A stretch of DNA of 64,000 bases from Curvularia clavata (lineage: Eukaryota): assembly GCA_023920165.1 (NCBI GenBank), contig CP089275.1, positions 3,472,001 through 3,536,000 on the forward strand, written 5' to 3'. Both the position numbers and the translations under genes were made by a program. Positions within the stretch are counted from its first letter, which is position 1. Each line of letters begins with the position of its first letter. This document shows, piece by piece, positions 57,000 through 64,000 of the stretch. The notes below the pieces were generated by a model, which saw only the letters and a list, made by a program, of their open reading frames with translations, was not told the origin of the DNA and did no database searches.

Positions 57000-57491
57000 C
57001 TCAATAAAGCGTGTTGTCTCAATTCTCAATACTGATCAATAAGCGCTGGTGTTTGACTTACGTTCGCTTGCGTGGTAGCCGTGGGTTGTCTGGCCCTAAG
57101 GCCATTTCGGCACGGCGGCCTGCCGAGTCAATTAGATACTTTTCGAAACAAAACGATCTTTTGCAAGTACACAGTGGGACTTGGTGGGTGATGTTCGGTC
57201 GTTGCTATCGAGTTTGGTAGAATGGTAGTGAGACACTGACACTAATCTGCTTTCGGGCCTGAATAGGAAAAGTTGCGATAGTAACGCAGGCTGAATAGAA
57301 AAGCAAGGGAAATAAGACGAGACATGACTGTGATATGTGTATTGAAGCATGACAGAGAAGTTCGTGCATGTATAGCTGATATGTTAGGATTGGTTTTGTG
57401 ACGAGACGCATGTCAGGGGGTACGCATCGCATTTAGCGACAGTCTTGTCATTCTGGTAGGGTTACCGATTCTGGAAAAGGAGGGGTCAATA
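57000..57491. promoter_or_regulatory. STE3 upstream region with clustered TATTGA(G) motifs and two Mcm1-like CC-N6-GG boxes
   Basis: CTCAATA at 57000 and 57025, TCAATA at 57036 and 57486, TATTGA at 57340; CCTGAATAGGAAA at 57258 and TTACCGATTCTGGAAA at 57462. Confidence 0.55.
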
Positions 57492-58204
57492 CTTGAATTC
57501 AGGTACACAATTGCTTTCGTGGTTGAAGCTAAAGGCTGGGGATAAATTGAGTAAGGACGGGTGGCTCGGTCGCTCGTAACGTTGAAGTAGGACAGTGCAA
57601 CCAAAAGAGACACAGTCTTGATTTAGCAAGGGGGTTTCTGGCCGTCAATGGTTTTTCGCGCTCCAGCGATCTCATTTGCTTCTTCGCCCCTACTGCTGCG
57701 ATGTGCAGCTAATCAGGCCACGGCTGCAAGGTGACCAGGATTGCGGCAGGATTATGCATGGCGGCCAGGGCCAATGTGGGCGCGATTATGTTCTCTTTCA
57801 ACTTTGCTGCTTTCGAGACGATTGGGCCAGTCATCTCTTTGCTGAAGATAGAGAGCATGTTGGCAGCGCGGCGGGTGATGATGAGGTTTAAGAGCGGTCC
57901 CAGCTCTACAACTGTCCAAATTGGGAATCGGATGACGTAACCAATCCTGGTAAGATCGGCGGCGTCTGCCACTGCCTAGGTGTACTATTACTGGTACGGC
58001 ACACGACCGCAACCATCGGCTTGACAAAACACGAGCGTCACCAAGGCCCCAGCGATGCACTGCCTGCGCCTGCGGCCATTCTTGAGACGACGCCGACACA
58101 CACACATCTGCAACAGCGACCTTGGCCAGTCATCATCCCAGGCATTCGCTGGTGCCACTGTACACGACAGTAGATCGCCAACGAACGTCCCCCCTCATAA
58201 GTAA

Positions 58205-59625
58205 TGGATGGCACGCCCTCACCAGACAGCCATGCCATTCACCCCCAGCTGCGCCAGAGGATGTTGAACCGCGCAGCAACCGTTGCGGAGGGCGCACAGC
58301 CGTCTACTCCTCCGGCAGCAGTCAGTCGACGCCGCAGCTCTCTGGTCTCCGATCTTTCGGACACGCGAAACTCGTTCTGGTCTTCGACAGACAATCTGGC
58401 GAAGAATAGCGGGAAGAATGACCGGGACAGATTGGCGGTTTCCGATGAGCCATCTCAGTGGATTGCGCTACCGGTCGTGGCCGCAGTTGTGCCCGCCATC
58501 ATTGGCTTAACTGTGGAGAATGGCGCCGTTATCGCGACTGATGTGCTGATCTTGGTGCTGGCGGGATGGTTCCTTCACTGGAGCGTCAAGGTACCATGGT
58601 GGGTTATAGCGGCTAACTGAGCGAGGACAGGGTAGTTCTCACTGACGGCATGCAGGGACTGGTACCGCGATGCCCAGCAAAGGCGATACATCAACGATGA
58701 AGACGACGAAACTTACGACGATACCATTCATGAAGCAGACGAGGATAGCGTAGAGGGCATAGTGCAGACCGTCACAGACACAGCAGCCGAACTGGGTGCC
58801 GAGGGCAGTCCCATGCCTCGGATGGTATCGACAGTACATGAGGAAGCTCGCAAGGCACTGAGGCGATCAGAGCTGTTGGCATTCGTTGGATGTTTTCTAG
58901 GTCCACTGTGTGGTGCGCTTCTTATGCATACCATCCGAGGACAATTGATGCGCGCCGAAGGCATAGTCTCCGACGCGAATCTGAGTATCTTCCTTCTCAT
59001 TGCAGAGATTCCCCCTGTCAATCGCTTGATCAAGATGCGTACAGAGCGCATATTACACCTTCAGCGTATAGTTAGAGAAGCTCCAAGAGAACCTATCCAA
59101 CTTGCTGACGCGCAACAACTCGCACAGCGCATGGCAGAACTCGAAAGCCGTCTCGACAGCGCATCATCATCTCCCAAAAACAACAACGGCCAGATAGATG
59201 TTGACAAAATTAGCGCGGATATACGGCAGACAACCCAACTCCAACTCGACGCCCTCAATCGAGCCGTCAGACGGTATGAGAAACGCCACATGGCACAATC
59301 TCTCCAGATTGAGGCTCGTTTCCAAGATCTCGAGGCACGTCTTCAGGACACGCTCGCACTTGCGGCAGCAGCGGCGAGAACTGGTCACCGGCCAGGAATC
59401 ATCACCGTGGCATTCTGCTGGATAGCTGGAACTATCAGCAACATGCTGCAGTTGGCTTGGGACATTTCCATGTATCCCTTCCGGACGGCGATGGTTGCTC
59501 TATCAGTGGCCAAGTCGATGTTCGTTAGGGATGAGCAGCAGGCAAAACGGCGACCAAAGGGCGGGCAGGTCAATGGATATACGTCGATGCCGTCTAGCAG
59601 GATAGCGCCGAAACCTGGGCGATGA
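58205..59625 (+). CDS. Hypothetical fungal membrane protein with a C-terminal coiled coil
   Basis: TM hairpins, VKVPW/DWY across intron 58599-58655, and a QLDALNRAVRRYEKR coiled coil. Confidence 0.82.
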
Positions 59626-60091
59626 AATCGTGCAATGACTAATTTACTCGCATATCCTATCAAATACAACTTCACTCATCTGCCCTATCCACAATCTTTC
59701 CCTTCCAGGTGACTAAGGCATGCTCTCGGTCTCTTTGCACATTGATCGATGCGACGTTACATGCCATTGTCGGCGGGAAAGAGTCATGCTATCTCCCGGC
59801 TCCATCCGATCCAGTAACCCGACATGCAGGTACGGGGCGGCTCTCTCATGATGCGAGCGTCGGAGATAGCTAGTATGGCCGTTTCTCCAACGTTGTACCT
59901 ACCCCGCCCCCACCTACATTGCCTATCAGAGCCGAACACGGAGGGACATGTCACATTGCCATGTAGTAGCTTTCTGCCTTTAGGGGCCTCTAATTCCCTC
60001 TCGCGTTCCACGTCGTCTTCATTCCTTCTCAACCTAAAGACGTATTCACCAGAAACAAGAGAGTCATATTTGAACTCGATATAAGGTTACC

Positions 60092-61287
60092 ATGGCCCTG
60101 AAATCCGACGTCACGGTTGATGCGTCCAAGTTCGATCGTAGCACAATTGACCAGCAGACACTGGACTTTAACGCAAAGCTGATCAAGATATGGGCAGATG
60201 GACCGAGATGGTATGAGGTATGTACCCGTTGGCACTGATTGGTCTCCTTAGTTATCAGACTCAAAACTGACATTCACGGCTAGGTGGGCGCGGCGGAATA
60301 CCGAAAGATGAGATGGGAAGGCAAGACTCCATTGCCAAAACCCATTGTTCTGCCCGAGGGTGTGAATGGAGCACTGCCCTCAAGAGAAGCCGGAAGGGAA
60401 ATACCATACCGGGTGTTCAAGCCGAGCAGCGGGAAGAGTAATGGAATTCATATGCACATTCATGGCGGTGGATGGGTGTTGATGAGCGAAGCTTAGTAGG
60501 TTTAAAGTCAAGCTCTGGGACGCAGAACAGACTCAAGGAGCTGACTGTTACTTATAGCCAAGATCCTTACCTCAAGTACATGGCGGATCACTTCGAAGTC
60601 ACAGTCGTGTCCATTGGATACCGCCTTGCACCCGAAGATCCATGGCCAGCAGGCGTAGAAGATTGCTACGATGCCGCTGAATGGCTCGTTAAGAATGGAC
60701 CTGAGGTTTTTGGACAGGAGTTGATGTTCACCGGCGGTGAGGTACGTGTTTTCCCCGTTTTCGATTGAAACAAGCAAGTGGTCCAATGCTGATGGCTGTA
60801 CAAGTCTGCTGGTGGTCATCTTGCCTGTTTGGTGGCTTTGCATCTGCTAGAAAAGATGCCGGAGTTTGCATTCAAGGGCCTGCTCCTACATTTTGGCTGC
60901 TACGACATGTCATCATTCCTACCACACGTCTTGCACCACGAGACGCATCTGGTAATTGATCACGATGTCATGAAATCCTACATCGATGCCCTCTTGCCCA
61001 ACACGACCGAAGAGCAGCGTCGAGATCCGTCAATAAGCCCATTTTGGGCTGACTTGCGAGGAAAGAAGCTACCGCCCGCGCTCTTCACGTGTGGAAGTGA
61101 AGATCCGCTGCTGGACGATAGTGTGATGATGGGGAGCAAATGGGCCATGTGGGGGAATGAGAGCATAGTCAAGATTTATCACGGCGCGCCACATGGTTTT
61201 ATTGGGTTCCCTCCGGGCACGATCAAGGCAGTGCAAGATGTATTGGATGACACAGAAGCATTTGTGAGGGCGAAGAGAGGGTCGTAG
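60092..61287 (+). CDS. Hormone-sensitive-lipase family alpha/beta hydrolase (esterase)
   Basis: HIHGGGW, YRLAPE, nucleophile GESAGG (split by intron 60742-60804), DPLLDD and HGF. Other introns are 60218-60283 and 60496-60557. Confidence 0.93.
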
Positions 61288-61678
61288 GACTGAGCCATCT
61301 TTACATGGTTGTCGAGCAGCTAATTCAAATCTTATCCATGCAAACCACTTGGTTCAAGCCTTCTCTTGGTGTACCAGTTACCAACAGTGTCATTAATATT
61401 ATGCTGGCTGAAAGCATTGCTTCTTATTCGCCGAAATATATTTCTGTTCCCAGGCACATGTCCAAATGCAGTGTCGGGGTCCACGCACCATAAATGGAGG
61501 CCGAGCCCTGACTAGCGCATGTAGCCCTGTTTCGTCATACCGAGCAGAGCACGGCCTAGATACTCGAGCCGACGCGTTTAGGAAAACCTGGCGTCACACA
61601 ACCCACTCTTCTTTTCCAACACTCATAATGGCCCGGTAGCCCGGTAGCCTGATATTGAAATAACCCTACTACGGCGTC

Positions 61679-64000
61679 ATGGCAGACAACCAGAGCCCCG
61701 ACAGGCGGTCGTCCCGGAGGAGGAGCAGCGTGTACCGCCGTGGCTCCCATATCAGCGAGTATGTGCTGCAGGCAACTCAAAGCCATGCGCGACTAATTGG
61801 CCCAGGGCAAGCTTCATGGAAGATGTCGAAATGGCCCAGGATGAGGTATACGAACTCGCGCCCATGCCCCCTCCCCGCCCTACGTACCTGCCTCGCGACA
61901 GGAAAAAGCCCGGCCAGCAGCTGACGCCCAAAATAATTCAGGTCTTTTCCGGTCCTATGAGCGAAAGTGTGCCCACAAGCGTCTCTGGATTCCGACACCG
62001 ACGGTCGCGCGCAGACTCTAGCGCGAGTTTGACGAGTTTCGCCTTTTATGATGAAGAGCAGGATTCGGGCGAGGGCACGGAAGATGAGGATAGCGCTATA
62101 TTGGAAGATGGAGAGAGCGAATATAATGGCTACGCCCAAGAGGATAGCGAGGATACGGAAGATCTCGAGGCAGGCTTATCATCGCCTTCCCCGACTCCTT
62201 CGCGGCGCAAGTCGAGTGGTGGCAGCAGAAAATCGTCGGAAAGACCCCTGCTGCGCAGACGCCAATCGTCTGCCAGCGCGGGCTCAGGGACCGATTGGAA
62301 AGGGCGCAGGTCCAATCAGAAGATTTACATCATGACTGAAGACCTGACAATTGTCATTGCGGGCTTCAAGACGTCGCCCTTGGGCTATGCTCTGTATGCC
62401 CTGTTGTGCATCGCTACATTGGGGCTCGGATGGCTCGTATTCAGATGGTTGCCCCGATGGAGGGTCGCCATTGTTGGAAAGAGTGCGCCGCTCAAAGAAT
62501 GCGACTGGATTGTCGTGGAAAACCAGTGGGGAGAGTTTGCAGTGCAGAACGTCAGTCGCCAGTCGTATGGACGCTCACTGTCTACAGTATTTGGAGACCC
62601 TGAAAAAGGACGACCAAGAGAATGGGACGAAGACGATGATCCGCTTATTGGTGAGCTACGATGCCTGGATTACCGCTATATCCGCTTTGTATACCACCCT
62701 ATCAAGGACAAATTCGTCCTGGCGAATACCTGGAAAGACCCTAGCTGGACCGATGTTTTGGCACTCCGAGAAGGCCTGGATAACGATGAGCGCGACTACC
62801 GAGAGCTGGTGTTTGGAAAGAACATGATTGATATCGCAGAGAAAACTGTGGGACAGCTCCTGGTCGATGAGGTCTTCCATCCATTCTATGTCTTCCAGGT
62901 GGCTAGTTTGGTTCTCTGGTCTCTCGACGAGTACTACTACTACGCCTGCGCCATCTTCATCATCTCTGCGGTCAGTATAGTGACAACACTGATGGAGACC
63001 AAGGCATCTATGAAGCGCTTGCGCGAAGTATCCAGATTCGAGTGCGAGGTCCGTGTGTTGCGCAGCGGTTTTTGGACGCATGTCGATTCTGCTGAGCTTG
63101 TACCTGGAGATGTCTACGAAGTCACAGACCCTGCACTTACTCAGTTTCCATGCGACAGCTTACTGCTGTCTGGAGATTGCATTGTCAATGAGAGCATGCT
63201 GACTGGCGAGTCCATTCCCGTATCCAAGATTCCGGTCACAAACCACTCGCTGGATTTGTTGGATCTCAGCGCTTCTGCCGTGCATCCAGAAGTTGCCCGC
63301 CACATGCTGTTCAGTGGAACTAAGATTATTCGCGCTCGCAGACCACATGAAGACCATGTTGACGATGAAGCCGCGGCGCTGGCTATGGTCGTCCGGACAG
63401 GCTTCAACACCACCAAGGGCGCTTTGGTTCGATCGATGCTCTTCCCTAAGCCTTCAGGTTTCAAGTTCTACCGTGACTCTTTCCGCTACATCTCGGTCAT
63501 GGCTATGATTGCCCTGGTCGGTTTTGTCGCCTCGTTCATCAACTTTGTTCATCTAGGCCTTGCGTGGCACTTGATTGTGGTACGCGCGCTAGACTTGATT
63601 ACAATTGTTGTCCCTCCTGCGCTTCCAGCAACACTCACTATCGGCACTAGCTTCGCACTATCACGCTTAAAGCAGAAGCAAATATTCTGTATCAGTCCGC
63701 AGAGAGTCAATGTCGGTGGCAAGCTTGATGTTGTCTGCTTTGACAAGACTGGTACGCTTACTGAAGAAGGATTGGATGTTTTGGGTGTTCGCGTAGTTGA
63801 GCGACCTAGGAACAGGTTCAGCGAGCTTCTCCCGGACTCTTACGACATTCTGCCTGCATCCCACCACGATCGTGACCCGACTGTCGAATATCATGCCCAC
63901 AAGACGATTCTCTATACCATGGCTACTTGCCACTCACTGCGCAAGATCGACGACGAACTTGTTGGTGATCCATTGGATGTCAAGATGTTTGATTTCACCG
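61679..64000 (+). CDS. YPK9: P5B-type ATPase (Ypk9/ATP13A2-like), 3' partial
   Basis: Introns 61759-61805 and 61846-61941, then an open frame to the window end with HPFYVFQ, ESMLTGES, P5B motif VPPALP and phosphorylation motif DKTGTLTE (63742). Confidence 0.94.

Noticed and set aside
57060..57135. GC-rich stretch with hairpin potential, considered as a tRNA/ncRNA
   Set aside because: No T-loop GTTCRA, no A/B boxes and no cloverleaf.
1..64000. CRISPR arrays, rRNA/tRNA genes, intact transposons, prokaryotic operons
   Set aside because: None seen. The DNA is intron-containing fungal sequence, and the bacterial-like Ldh_2 and SBP genes carry spliceosomal introns, which argues against contamination.

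Overview
Eukaryotic, intron-containing DNA from a filamentous ascomycete; gene content and intron style suggest a Dothideomycete (Pleosporales-like), which is inference only. I can support about 26 protein-coding genes. Gene-dense housekeeping blocks (1-10 kb, 20-29 kb, 51-64 kb) hold BST1 (5' partial), BMS1, an I9 inhibitor microprotein, a mitochondrial PDK/BCKDK kinase, a macrodomain protein, an Ldh_2 oxidoreductase, a GNAT, an LYR-like protein, SWI6, MEK1, RPL41, STE3, an HSL esterase and a P5B ATPase (3' partial). A gene-sparse accessory-looking block (29.7-51.4 kb) holds an A-T-R NRPS-like reductase, a secreted flavin amine oxidase, a cyclophilin, a secreted bacterial-type solute-binding protein, an MFS transporter, an Asp-box secreted protein and an intronless pseudo-E2. 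I saw no tRNA, rRNA, CRISPR array or intact transposon. The most interesting observations are: a TATTGA(G) array plus Mcm1-like boxes upstream of STE3; a cyclophilin with an MGCGGSK dual-acylation start; an E2 that lacks its catalytic Cys; a ~1100-aa Gly-zipper/cytochrome-b561-like membrane protein; a HIG1-like microprotein; and two GC-AG introns, one of which reveals a hidden last exon of MEK1. All calls were made by eye, with no database searches.
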